In this document: piece after piece, positions 1-8,692 of the stretch
Layout: every line of letters begins with the position of its first letter
How positions within the stretch are numbered: position 1 is the first letter of the stretch
From: a virus
Taxonomy: Duplodnaviria > Caudoviricetes
DNA: 60,293 nucleotides
Virus record (IMG/VR): IMGVR_UViG_3300046779_000619
Location: 1 to 60,293 of that record
Direction: 5' to 3' (one strand)
Translations under genes and position numbers: made by a program
The notes under the pieces: generated by a model
What the model saw: only the letters and a program-made list of their open reading frames with translations
Databases searched by the model: none
What the model was told of the DNA's origin: nothing

Positions 1-726
1 AGCATCTACTTCACCATCACGGCCCCAGCTAGTAATTGTTGAGTGCTCTGCGGCAGGGATAGAAAAACCTGCAACCCCAGCATCATAGTATTCGCGAGCA
101 TACAGCACACCAGAAACAGTATCGCTACCCATGAAGTTAACCAAGTGTGCCGCACCTCCAATAGCCGCTGACTCCAGGCTAGAAACACCACGAGCACCGA
201 AATCGTGCAACTTAAAATCAATAAGGCTAGGGTCACCAGTTTTCTCCAAGTAGTCAGCAATCACTTTCTTGATTGTGTATGATTGAGTAGCCACTGTGGT
301 AGGATACCAAATGGCACGAAGGATGGCTGTTTCCAACCAAGTAGTTAACCAGAAGCACTCTGGGTCAGTGTTTTCGATTGTTGCAAGGACGTTCTTGACT
401 GGCACAACTGTTCCTTCAGGAACGGCGCGGATGACAACAGGGAGGTATCCCATGTGCTTGTCAAGAATGTATTGCCATCCTGCTCGGTTGAAAGGCTCAC
501 CGTGTGCGGTAAGTATTTCGTCAGCCACGTCAATGTCTGATTGAGTAATGGGTTCGAGTAGGTATTCCTTGATAAAGGCCTGGAGTCCGAAGAATACTGT
601 TCTATCGTAACGCCCGCCCCGGGATTCAATGTATGAATAAACACCTGTAGTTCCTACTGGATATTGTTTGAACATGCTAACTTTGTAGCTGTCAGTGTTG
701 AGAATAATGTTTTTTGCGAGTTTCAT
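1..726 (-). CDS. nadV: Nicotinamide phosphoribosyltransferase (NAMPT), 3' end outside window
   Basis: Manual translation (missed by ORF track): MKLAKNIILNTDSYKVSM...HDFGARG...SIPAAEHSTITSWG; AAAGGA SD upstream. Confidence 0.95.
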   Translation of the reverse strand, partial: MKLAKNIILNTDSYKVSMFKQYPVGTTGVYSYIESRGGRYDRTVFFGLQAFIKEYLLEPITQSDIDVADEILTAHGEPFNRAGWQYILDKHMGYLPVVIRAVPEGTVVPVKNVLATIENTDPECFWLTTWLETAILRAIWYPTTVATQSYTIKKVIADYLEKTGDPSLIDFKLHDFGARGVSSLESAAIGGAAHLVNFMGSDTVSGVLYAREYYDAGVAGFSIPAAEHSTITSWGRDGEVDA

Positions 727-751
727 TTTAAAGTTCCTTTAAAGTTAAAAA

Positions 752-774
752 GCCGTTGCGTCTATCGCTTAGGC
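752..774 (-). promoter_or_regulatory. Candidate cis-regulatory hairpin (AUAGA loop), copy 1, upstream of nadV RBS
   Basis: GCC-UAA-GCG-AUAGA-CGC-AAC-GGC; covaries with the copy at 2165-2185. Confidence 0.55.
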
Positions 775-1785
775 ACCTACAAAATGCTGTAGGATTTCGT
801 AGTGGTCTTCAAAGCATTGGTCCGATTGGACTTCTGCAATAGGCACCCACCGAGCCTTTTCTGCATCGTCACTGCCTTTTACTTTAGGCAACTCACCGTC
901 AGGCAGTTGAATATAAAAGGCATGTGTAATAATACGTCCACGAGGACTGCGATCAATAGCATCAAATACTTTACTACGAACAATGTTACCACGCAACACT
1001 GGAGCAGGTACTTTGATTAAAGTTTCTTCACGAAGCTCACGTATTGCGGCATCTTCGACTGACTTGTCAGTGTTAGCGTTGACATAACCGCCCGGCAGTG
1101 CCCACAGGCCTTTACCTGGCTCAGCACGGCGTTTGATCATCAACACGTGAGCAGAGCAAATAACCACAGCATCGGCAGTGCTAAAAATCGGAGGATACTT
1201 CAAGCTGGAATACTGTTTGTTGTGTTCGATCAAGAACTCACGCTCACGAATGATTTGTTCGTATTCGGGAGTTTCTTTGAACTGTGTCAAGAAATCAAAA
1301 GTAGTTTGTGGAACCACGTTCTTAATGAACTTCATGTTTACATCACGCTTGAAGTACAGGTCACGAATATTAACAGCACTCAGCGGTTCAATCTCATCTA
1401 CGTTTTCATAGCCCCATTGAGGGAACATGTCCAAATAGAATGAACTTTCATCTTTCTTGTGACCAATAACAGCAATCTTTTCGCCTGGAAGAGTATGCTT
1501 GTTCACAATGGCTTGGACACGCACTGCCCATGCCTGATCATTATAAATGGTGTCTATGTTGGCTTCGATTGTGACTTGTAATGCAAGTCCGGAAGTTGCA
1601 GCACGAATCATACGTGCTCGTTCTTCTACAACAAACGGATTCTTGTATGTGCGGGGCTGTGCTGCACTACCAGTGATCACAATCAGCTTGTCGCACAATG
1701 CTGTGCTTCGTTTGATGATTTCTAAGTGAGCAGTGTGAAACGGTTGAAAGCGACCGATCAACACCAGTGTATCATATTTTTTCAT
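769..1785 (-). CDS. nadM: Bifunctional NMN adenylyltransferase / ADP-ribose pyrophosphatase (NadM-Nudix)
   Basis: GRFQPFHTAH (HxGH-like) N-domain; Nudix box ALPGG...AAIRELREET; GSDDA. Confidence 0.95.
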   Translation of the reverse strand: MKKYDTLVLIGRFQPFHTAHLEIIKRSTALCDKLIVITGSAAQPRTYKNPFVVEERARMIRAATSGLALQVTIEANIDTIYNDQAWAVRVQAIVNKHTLPGEKIAVIGHKKDESSFYLDMFPQWGYENVDEIEPLSAVNIRDLYFKRDVNMKFIKNVVPQTTFDFLTQFKETPEYEQIIREREFLIEHNKQYSSLKYPPIFSTADAVVICSAHVLMIKRRAEPGKGLWALPGGYVNANTDKSVEDAAIRELREETLIKVPAPVLRGNIVRSKVFDAIDRSPRGRIITHAFYIQLPDGELPKVKGSDDAEKARWVPIAEVQSDQCFEDHYEILQHFVGA

Positions 1786-2141
1786 TTTACATTCTCCAGT
1801 CTTGCGATCTTTTGTGCTAGTTCTTTCTGAATCTTAGCAATTTCTGCTTCGGCTTTTGCACGAGCTTCTGAAACGATTTCAGTAGTTTGTACTACTTTGG
1901 CCTGTACTTTAACTTCTAAGACTTCGATGCTGTTAACATCACGACGCATGTAGTCGGTACTTGAGAATGTAGGGATGTCATCTAGTTTAGCAAACTTTTT
2001 AGAACAGGCATGAGCAGTAAAAGTGCTCCAATAAGGATATCCGCCGCTATGTGCATCTGTGTCGTAATAGACACGCTGTCCTGCTTTGTTGATTGCTGAC
2101 AAGACGTAGAACTTGTCGATAGTAAATGTTTTTTGTGACAT
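1782..2141 (-). CDS. Hypothetical protein, C-terminal coiled coil
   Basis: 119-aa ORF, SD AAAGGA, ATGA overlap with nadM. Confidence 0.75.
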   Translation of the reverse strand: MSQKTFTIDKFYVLSAINKAGQRVYYDTDAHSGGYPYWSTFTAHACSKKFAKLDDIPTFSSTDYMRRDVNSIEVLEVKVQAKVVQTTEIVSEARAKAEAEIAKIQKELAQKIARLENVK

Positions 2142-2164
2142 ACAAAAATCCTTTGTATAAATGT

Positions 2165-2185
2165 GCTCGGAGTCTATCTCCTTGC
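2165..2185 (-). promoter_or_regulatory. Candidate cis-regulatory hairpin (AUAGA loop), copy 2, at 5' end of NAD operon
   Basis: GC-AA-GGAG-AUAGA-CUCC-GA-GC, 4 nt after TATAATAAATA (2190-2200). Confidence 0.55.
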
Positions 2186-2240
2186 TATGTATTTATTATA
2201 CAGAAAAATAATCACACTGTAAAGTGATTATTTGTCCAAT

Positions 2241-2564
2241 TTAAATAACGCTTTCGCTGTCTATTACGGCTAACGGTCCTACATTATGCTGTTCTGCTAC
2301 ATTGTAGATTTCTTTCATGCCGTCGTGCATCTCTTTTAGACGTTTTCCAAACTTCAAAGTTAAGAACGTTAGATCTCTATCACTAACGTCCTTAAAGATT
2401 GCCCTATCGTTTTTTCTAACGATATATCCTCCGGTACTGTAATCGCACCAACCACTGTCGTTTACACAAAACTTATCGGGAGTATGTAGTTCATAGTCCA
2501 TTGACGTTGTGTTAAGAAAATCAACATCTTCTGGTGTTAGTTCGTATCGGAGGATATAGTCCAT
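2241..2564 (-). CDS. Hypothetical protein
   Basis: ORF coupled to the upstream gene by a TAATG overlap. Confidence 0.65.
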   Translation of the reverse strand: MDYILRYELTPEDVDFLNTTSMDYELHTPDKFCVNDSGWCDYSTGGYIVRKNDRAIFKDVSDRDLTFLTLKFGKRLKEMHDGMKEIYNVAEQHNVGPLAVIDSESVI

Positions 2565-3463
2565 TATGCAAAAATCTCTAGTGCTGTACCACATTCTACA
2601 CAAAACTTAGCATGAGCTTTGTTTTGCTTACCGCATGTAACACATTTTGGTTTACGCTCAACTGTAACAGGTTTCATTACAGGCTTGTTATCAGGAGTTT
2701 CTCCCAACAGCTTTAGAACAATAGTATGCTTTTCAGCCTCCATTTCGCCCATGGTAACCGTTGTGAACTTTTGAGTACTCTTGCTACCCGGAACAGTAAT
2801 ACCAACATCGTTCCAGTCCATAGTGGCTGTACCATCATGAACATTCATTGACTGCGGTACTACGGCATCAATGGCTGCTGTTGCGGCAGCTTTAGTAGCT
2901 TCTCCATTACTGAAATCAACACCACGCATTACACCGCCAACATTCGCAGAGTAGGTAGCACCACTAGCAGTTACAGAGAATCGATCTTTACCTAAGCTGC
3001 CGCTAACACCTGTAGTAGTAGCATTAGTGCTATACCAAGGTGTACGAACGCCCTGTGGATAAATCATACCATCGTTATTGAAGATAGAGCTAACATTGAT
3101 AACAGGACGAGGCTTTTCATATTGAAACTCAATACGTACCAAACCATCTTCTAGTTTAGCACCACGCGGTCCGTCTTCGATTGCCTGTGTACGTTCAATG
3201 AACTTGAAACGATTGCCTGCTGATAAGTTACCGTTTTTAACATAACGCTCAAGATCAACTTCTTGGCCTGCGTTGAGCACAAGGCCACCTTCGATGACAT
3301 CTTCACCATCGATAAAGATGTTGACTAATGCTCGTGTGGTGTTGAGGTTCTTGATTAGAAAGCTATATTCGCTACCAAATGGAATATAGACTGTGTCCTT
3401 GAATTCACGGAGGATCTTGCCGTTAGCTTTTAGACTCGCAACGAGTTTTGATTGATACATCAT
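2564..3463 (-). CDS. Hypothetical protein with C-terminal zinc ribbon
   Basis: 299 aa; CVTCG...FCVECG. Confidence 0.8.
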   Translation of the reverse strand: MMYQSKLVASLKANGKILREFKDTVYIPFGSEYSFLIKNLNTTRALVNIFIDGEDVIEGGLVLNAGQEVDLERYVKNGNLSAGNRFKFIERTQAIEDGPRGAKLEDGLVRIEFQYEKPRPVINVSSIFNNDGMIYPQGVRTPWYSTNATTTGVSGSLGKDRFSVTASGATYSANVGGVMRGVDFSNGEATKAAATAAIDAVVPQSMNVHDGTATMDWNDVGITVPGSKSTQKFTTVTMGEMEAEKHTIVLKLLGETPDNKPVMKPVTVERKPKCVTCGKQNKAHAKFCVECGTALEIFA

Positions 3464-3543
3464 TTTTCTTCCTTTTTACTGCGTACACTCTAAACGCATA
3501 GTTAATTTAAAGAGTGTTGGTTTGTAGCAACCCTGCTACAAAT

Positions 3544-3762
3544 CTATTTAGTACGCTCATCTAAGTGAGGCGGAATTCTGGCAGCTTCGTCGTCGGTCAT
3601 GAATCGAGTAGGAGGATGTTCGGCCCATTTAAAGAACTGTACAGGCTTCCAATAGTTATGAAGAATATTATTAATTATAACAATCCCTATAACAATAACT
3701 ACTGTACCTAATACAAATAAAATGCTGCCTGCAAGCCAAGCTGCTGCTTGATCCATGACCAT
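3544..3762 (-). CDS. Small membrane protein
   Basis: One hydrophobic helix; TAG stop. Confidence 0.65.
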   Translation of the reverse strand: MVMDQAAAWLAGSILFVLGTVVIVIGIVIINNILHNYWKPVQFFKWAEHPPTRFMTDDEAARIPPHLDERTK

Positions 3763-3773
3763 GCTATACTACC

Positions 3774-4178
3774 TTAAATCGTCTTGTATAGTGCAGAAGC
3801 TACTGCAAAATTGTGTTTCCATTGCCACTCGTCGAGTACCAGTTGATTAAAGATTTGCTCTTCAATTTCAATAATAGATTCAACGCTTAGTTCCAACATA
3901 CGAATAGCACGAGTGTAGCTGTCCTCGTAACTAGTTGGCTTGCTAGGCATAGCCTTAATCTTTGAAATCTTGTCAAGGTCACCTGTGTTGGCAAGTTCAA
4001 GATTTTCTTGAGCTAGCTTAACGGCGGCTTTCTTATAGTCTTCAACGGCTTCGTTGTATTCACGAATGTGCTTTTCTTTGTTCTCTCGAACAATAGCAAG
4101 CAACTCAGCTTTGTCCATTTTTACATCACGCATAACATTTCTTCCTTCTAATCTCATTTGTCTAGTCCTGTAATCCAA
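3774..4178 (-). CDS. Hypothetical helical protein (start may be 4133)
   Basis: ORF in contiguous minus-strand array. Confidence 0.7.
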   Translation of the reverse strand: MDYRTRQMRLEGRNVMRDVKMDKAELLAIVRENKEKHIREYNEAVEDYKKAAVKLAQENLELANTGDLDKISKIKAMPSKPTSYEDSYTRAIRMLELSVESIIEIEEQIFNQLVLDEWQWKHNFAVASALYKTI

Positions 4179-4384
4179 TCGCTCTTGATACCTTTTTCAT
4201 AGTAATCACGAGCACGACCCGAGTAATAAAATACTTCATTACACATTGTACACTTATATCTGTGTAAGTCAATATCTACATAGGTGTTTTCGGTTGTATA
4301 TTCCCAATTACCTTCTGTTTCGCCTGTGTACCAGTTTTCTTCTTCAACATAGCGACTAACAGTTCTTTCGTGACGGCAACTCAT
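4154..4384 (-). CDS. Hypothetical protein, possible Zn-binding
   Basis: CxH...CxxC; coupled to neighbours. Confidence 0.65.
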   Translation of the reverse strand: MSCRHERTVSRYVEEENWYTGETEGNWEYTTENTYVDIDLHRYKCTMCNEVFYYSGRARDYYEKGIKSDWITGLDK

Positions 4385-4713
4385 TATCGATCCTTGATAA
4401 TATCAAATAGTTCTTTTCTTTCATCTAAGAAGTTTTTGAACTGCATACTAAAAAACATATAGCAGACGTAGGAAAAAGCAACAACTGCTGATGCCACAAT
4501 CGTATATTTGATAGGAGATATTTCTTGAAAAGCCATCATGCTGATAAGAGATGTAAACATCACAAAACCTATACCGCAGATAGTTCCGGCAAATACAGCT
4601 AGCCCCGGACTATCTTCCATAGTTTCACGGTATTTCCTGTGGATCCTAAATACTCCCGAAAATACTTTCTTCAGAAGAAAACCAATAAAGGGCAAAATCA
4701 AATGAACTCTCAT
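4384..4713 (-). CDS. Hypothetical membrane protein
   Basis: 2-3 hydrophobic segments. Confidence 0.65.
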   Translation of the reverse strand: MRVHLILPFIGFLLKKVFSGVFRIHRKYRETMEDSPGLAVFAGTICGIGFVMFTSLISMMAFQEISPIKYTIVASAVVAFSYVCYMFFSMQFKNFLDERKELFDIIKDR

Positions 4714-4877
4714 TCTTCCTCTTCCTCGTTATAACCTACAATATTGCAGATGTCTTCGATAAACTCGTATGCGTTTTCAATAACGCGATCACTTTGATAA
4801 ACTGTTTCTGCACAGTGAATGTTTTGCTCTTCGATGAACTTTTTGCAAAGTTTAAATAATTCTTTTTCTTTGGACAT
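4710..4877 (-). CDS. Small hypothetical protein
   Basis: MSKEKELFKLC...; GGAG SD. Confidence 0.6.
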   Translation of the reverse strand: MSKEKELFKLCKKFIEEQNIHCAETVYQSDRVIENAYEFIEDICNIVGYNEEEEE

Positions 4878-4878
4878 T

Positions 4879-5823
4879 TTAAAACTCCGAAAACTCTTCG
4901 TCATTCTCTAGTTCGAACTCTGCTTTCTCGGCATCGAGTACTTTGGCAATGGCAGCGTTCATTACGCGATAACCGTGATGCTCTTGTTCTTGACTGCCCT
5001 CGTGTGCGCCCGGAATCCAAACACGGCGAGTTTGATGCATAAATCCGTCAATGTACTTGGCTTTCAGATGTTCTATCAAGAGTAGCTGTGCATCTTTACG
5101 ATTACCCTTTTGCATTAAACTAATAACAGTATCGTCAATGTCTAGGATCTTTGAATAGCGATAGTTATCGCCTCTCATCCATTTGCCAACCTTGTTAGAA
5201 TCACCATACTTGAAGAGATCCTTAATACCGCCAAAGAATCGCAGGCCTAATCCACTTTCTTCATCTTCACTTAGCTTTTCTTCTAGCTTATCGAGAAACT
5301 CTGGCAAGTCTGCAACAATGTCTCGAAAACCGTAGATAATATAGTTGTTATCCCAACCAGTAGTACCGTTACCGTCACCTACATAATCTTCACGCTGCCA
5401 GTTTGCAATGATATCGTCAACAACATCCTTACGGAACATTACGAAGCCAACGTCGATAGGGGTAGCCATAGAGTGTTGCTTTACTTTTAAGCGATCTTCG
5501 TGGACGGCTTCAAAGAACAGTTCTTCATCGAAGTCTGCTTTCTTAACAGCAATGTCGTGGGACTTATTATCGCCCACTTCTACTTCGACCAGTTTCTCTT
5601 TAATAGCATCCATGATCAATGTCATTGCTGGGCCACTGCTATTTTCACCCCCACCGTAGTCGTTGTATTCGCTTTCAAACGGCACCAGCAATGGGCTGTA
5701 GAAAGGAGTAGAGTAGCATAGGCTGTCAATCTTTTGATTGCGCTCAAGTACAAATACATATACAGGAGTACCGTGCTTGATATGTAGATTACTTAGACCG
5801 CAGGTTTTATTCCAACATCCCAT
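4879..5823 (-). CDS. Hypothetical acidic protein
   Basis: Long ORF starting MGCWNKTCGLS after GAGGGAG SD. Confidence 0.8.
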   Translation of the reverse strand: MGCWNKTCGLSNLHIKHGTPVYVFVLERNQKIDSLCYSTPFYSPLLVPFESEYNDYGGGENSSGPAMTLIMDAIKEKLVEVEVGDNKSHDIAVKKADFDEELFFEAVHEDRLKVKQHSMATPIDVGFVMFRKDVVDDIIANWQREDYVGDGNGTTGWDNNYIIYGFRDIVADLPEFLDKLEEKLSEDEESGLGLRFFGGIKDLFKYGDSNKVGKWMRGDNYRYSKILDIDDTVISLMQKGNRKDAQLLLIEHLKAKYIDGFMHQTRRVWIPGAHEGSQEQEHHGYRVMNAAIAKVLDAEKAEFELENDEEFSEF

Positions 5824-5824
5824 G

Positions 5825-5974
5825 TCAAACTCCCTCAATAGAGTCAGCAATATCTGCAAGGCGATCTGGCATATCTTCGAGCGTCTCTCGGAACTCCGGA
5901 TCGCAGACATTCATTACTTCCTGGATCAAAGCAGCAGCTTCTGCCAGCTTCATGATTTGTTGATACTTGTCCAT
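5825..5974 (-). CDS. Small hypothetical protein
   Basis: MDKYQQIMK... preceded by ACACAGAAAGG leader. Confidence 0.6.
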   Translation of the reverse strand: MDKYQQIMKLAEAAALIQEVMNVCDPEFRETLEDMPDRLADIADSIEGV

Positions 5975-6107
5975 GTGTGCCTTTCTGTGTAAATCTAAGT
6001 CCCGTCTATTTCCGGGATGCCAATCACATTGGTTGTACTGTTGCTTGCCCAAGGATTTACCGCGGTACCTTGCGACTCATACTGAGGATGTGATAGTCTC
6101 GCTGCTC

Positions 6108-6182
6108 TGGTGCGCTATGTGGGAATCGAACCCACGATTCGGAGTTTTAGAGGCTCCTGCTATGCCACTTAGCTAATAGCGC
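6108..6182 (-). tRNA. Amber suppressor tRNA (anticodon CUA), encoded CCA
   Basis: Cloverleaf: acceptor GCGCUAU/AUAGCGC+ACCA, D-arm GCUA/UAGC, anticodon arm GGAGC-CU-CUA-AA-ACUCC (C31:A39 mismatch), T-arm GUGGG-UUCGAUU-CCCAC. Confidence 0.9.
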
Positions 6183-6191
6183 GATGTTTTT

Positions 6192-6220
6192 ATTATACAA
6201 TCATATTGTTAGATTGTCAA
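6192..6220 (-). promoter_or_regulatory. Consensus sigma70 promoter for the tRNA
   Basis: TTGACA-N17-TATAAT. Confidence 0.85.
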
Positions 6221-6223
6221 TGA

Positions 6224-6424
6224 TTAATATTCGCCGTCGTCTTCTTCGCCGAAGATATACGCAGACATTTTCTTTTCTGCGATTGCTTTAGATTCATCAT
6301 CCTTCATTGCACAATCAAAACAGATCTGTTCATTGTTAGGGCCATACGGGCGGCACTCATCTAGCTTGCCACACATTTCACAGAACTGTTCGGGCTCTTG
6401 CATTATTACACCACGTCCACTCAT
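6224..6424 (-). CDS. Small Cys-rich protein
   Basis: CEMCG...CRPYG...ICFDC. Confidence 0.7.
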   Translation of the reverse strand: MSGRGVIMQEPEQFCEMCGKLDECRPYGPNNEQICFDCAMKDDESKAIAEKKMSAYIFGEEDDGEY

Positions 6425-6927
6425 TTTGTTTCTCCTAGTGTTTCTTCCAACCAAAGTTTACATTCAGGCCATTCTTTGTATTGATGGGCACGACCACCAG
6501 CAGCACGCCATTCGTCGCAGTTACTGCCACGATCATCGATTAGAATGTCTCCGGGATTGCGACAGTGCATGTACTTTTGGTTTGCATAGGGTCCAAGAAA
6601 TACCGGAATACGTGGAAAGTAACGATGTGCCCAGAATACCTTATCCTGGGGCGCCCAAGGCATATCGTTACCCTTGGGTATTGCACTTAGAAAGAAGACC
6701 TGCCCACCTGTGCTGTCTGCATAGTTAGTGACCCATTCAACAAGCTCTAGAGCGCCTTCTCGTAAAGGCAGTTCGCTATACAATCGTTGATTGTCCTTAA
6801 GACGACGCCACTTACCGTCAGGCAAGCGCTCATCTTTCTGGAACTTATGATCTAGCATTTTTTCAACATGACCTTGCCAGTCTGCTACTACATCATCCAT
6901 ATCCAGATATATTGTTAACTTAGTCAT
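6421..6927 (-). CDS. 5'(3')-deoxyribonucleotidase, HAD family
   Basis: IYLDMDDVVAD motif I; LIDD motif IV. Confidence 0.85.
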   Translation of the reverse strand: MTKLTIYLDMDDVVADWQGHVEKMLDHKFQKDERLPDGKWRRLKDNQRLYSELPLREGALELVEWVTNYADSTGGQVFFLSAIPKGNDMPWAPQDKVFWAHRYFPRIPVFLGPYANQKYMHCRNPGDILIDDRGSNCDEWRAAGGRAHQYKEWPECKLWLEETLGETK

Positions 6928-7397
6928 TCTTCATCATCCACTAGTTGGCTTTGAAAGAACGCAAGTTGATCAATCATATTTTGAACACCCTGCTTGTTCA
7001 TAGTGATTTCACTGTAGCCCATGCTAAATGCAAGACGGTTGTTATCAGTTAGTCCAAGCCTGTAAAAAATCTTAGCAGGCTGTTCAACTTCTGGCATAGG
7101 AGGAGGTGCTGCCTTGAGTTCCGGGAACTTGATAACATTATTCATGTCTTCTGCAACAGAACCTTCTGACTTACCGTAATTTCTAAACCAATCAAACATT
7201 TTGATATCCCAATCTACTAGCAAATTCATTGAACGCCCTAATGGTGGAAACCAAAATGGCATTGCTAAACATATTACATAAGTAGGAGCCAACCATATCG
7301 CAGGTACTTCTACAATCCAACTCCATATGCTACCAATAAGGTAAGCGGCACTGATATAAAATATCCAATAGCCGCCTGTGCGTTCGAACAGTTTCAT
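6924..7397 (-). CDS. Hypothetical membrane protein
   Basis: Two N-terminal TM segments. Confidence 0.7.
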   Translation of the reverse strand: MKLFERTGGYWIFYISAAYLIGSIWSWIVEVPAIWLAPTYVICLAMPFWFPPLGRSMNLLVDWDIKMFDWFRNYGKSEGSVAEDMNNVIKFPELKAAPPPMPEVEQPAKIFYRLGLTDNNRLAFSMGYSEITMNKQGVQNMIDQLAFFQSQLVDDEE

Positions 7398-7678
7398 TAC
7401 ATCTTTCCAAATGCACCGGGTTTGCCAGCGTTAGGATTTTCACACTTTACACCTTTGCCAAACTCATCTAAGATTTGACGGGTGTTACCATCTTGTCCTA
7501 CAATGAACTTATAGTTTTCAATACAACGACTTTCGGTCATGCCGTTGACTCCCCAAGTGATATTATTAGAAGAGCTGGTTGAAAATCCAAACAATGCTGG
7601 TGCCGCAATCGTCAAGATTACTGTGGCAATCACAGCGAGTATCATCATTTCAATAAGAGTAAATCCACGTTGTTTCAT
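7397..7678 (-). CDS. Prepilin-type N-terminal cleavage/methylation protein
   Basis: MKQRG-FTLIEMM followed by a hydrophobic helix. Confidence 0.8.
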   Translation of the reverse strand: MKQRGFTLIEMMILAVIATVILTIAAPALFGFSTSSSNNITWGVNGMTESRCIENYKFIVGQDGNTRQILDEFGKGVKCENPNAGKPGAFGKM

Positions 7679-7679
7679 A

Positions 7680-7853
7680 TCATGCTCCGTAGTAGGTTTG
7701 TTTATCTTGTTCAGAAAGATTGGGATCATTCCAAACATTACGGTTGTTCCACTCTTTGATCTTTGCTAGGCGCTCGTCTTCAGTCATTTCGTAGCATCGT
7801 GGATTACGATCTGGCTGACGCAGTGCATCGATACCTCGTTTGAATAAGTTCAT
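7680..7853 (-). CDS. Small hypothetical protein (57 aa, not in ORF track)
   Basis: MNLFKRGIDALRQPDRNPRCYEM...YYGA fills the gap. Confidence 0.5.
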   Translation of the reverse strand: MNLFKRGIDALRQPDRNPRCYEMTEDERLAKIKEWNNRNVWNDPNLSEQDKQTYYGA

Positions 7854-7886
7854 TTGAAGAAGGGCAGTTTCCTGCCCTGTCCTTGA

Positions 7887-8681
7887 TTATTTGTTAATCA
7901 TCAAACCAGTCATGTTGCTTGGAACAACAATGGTCTGGACCCGACCGTTCTTAATACCTTCGGAGATGTTAAGTGCGGCCTGTGCGTTCATAAATGCAAT
8001 AGAACTTGCTGAGTTGTTAGCCAGTGCAGCCATACGTTCTGCTTCCTTGCGGGCAGTCGCCACTTCAACTTCTTTCTGCTTGTATTCGTTTTTAGCACGA
8101 ACCAATGCGTTAGCGGATTCTACAACTGAGTCAGCTGGCACAATGTTACGAATCAACACTTGACCAATGACCAAGCTGCCATCGAGTTTTTCTTCGGACA
8201 GCGATTTTTGAATCTGCTCTTTGATGCTCTGTTCCATTGCCTGACGATTATCTGCCATGTCCAGGGCTTCATACTTACGTGCTTCTTTGTAGATAGCATT
8301 ACGAGCATTTTGAACCATGTAGTTGTACATCAGGTAGATGTCACCATTGTGACGAGCATGAAATGCTTGACTCTTTTGAGAGTAGAGTTCAGCAACCTGC
8401 GCTTGGTTGATGTTATAGATAACCACAGCATCAAAGTCTTTCATTGTGCTGTTGTCTTTTGCCACTGGAGTCATATCTTCCAGTTTGACGTTAACGTCCT
8501 TGATTGGGAATGTAAGAACATCGCCGATTAAGACCTGATTGAATGAACCAGGTAGCAGTTCTCCTTGTTGTACCTGCTTGTCGAAGCCAACGCGAACGCC
8601 AACCTCACCAGTTTCAATACGAGTGCAACCAGTCATAAAGACTGCGCCTGCCAAAATACCAAGAGTCAAAATACGCTTCAT
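7887..8681 (-). CDS. SPFH/band 7 (prohibitin-like) lipoprotein
   Basis: Lipobox-like MTGC; IETGEVGVRV; C-terminal coiled coil. Confidence 0.85.
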   Translation of the reverse strand: MKRILTLGILAGAVFMTGCTRIETGEVGVRVGFDKQVQQGELLPGSFNQVLIGDVLTFPIKDVNVKLEDMTPVAKDNSTMKDFDAVVIYNINQAQVAELYSQKSQAFHARHNGDIYLMYNYMVQNARNAIYKEARKYEALDMADNRQAMEQSIKEQIQKSLSEEKLDGSLVIGQVLIRNIVPADSVVESANALVRAKNEYKQKEVEVATARKEAERMAALANNSASSIAFMNAQAALNISEGIKNGRVQTIVVPSNMTGLMINK

Positions 8682-8692
8682 TGTGTGTGTCC

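Noticed and set aside
6-644. ORF-track ORFs 6-260, 296-544 and 345-644
   Set aside because: Alternative frames of nadV, which runs off the window edge.
6082-6088. Hammerhead-like CUGAGGA on the plus strand
   Set aside because: No GAAA core partner or flanking stems, and it is antisense to the transcribed strand.
6141-6157. Reading the tRNA as Arg(UCU)
   Set aside because: GGAG/CUCC pairing centres the loop on CUA with U33; UCU would be off-register.
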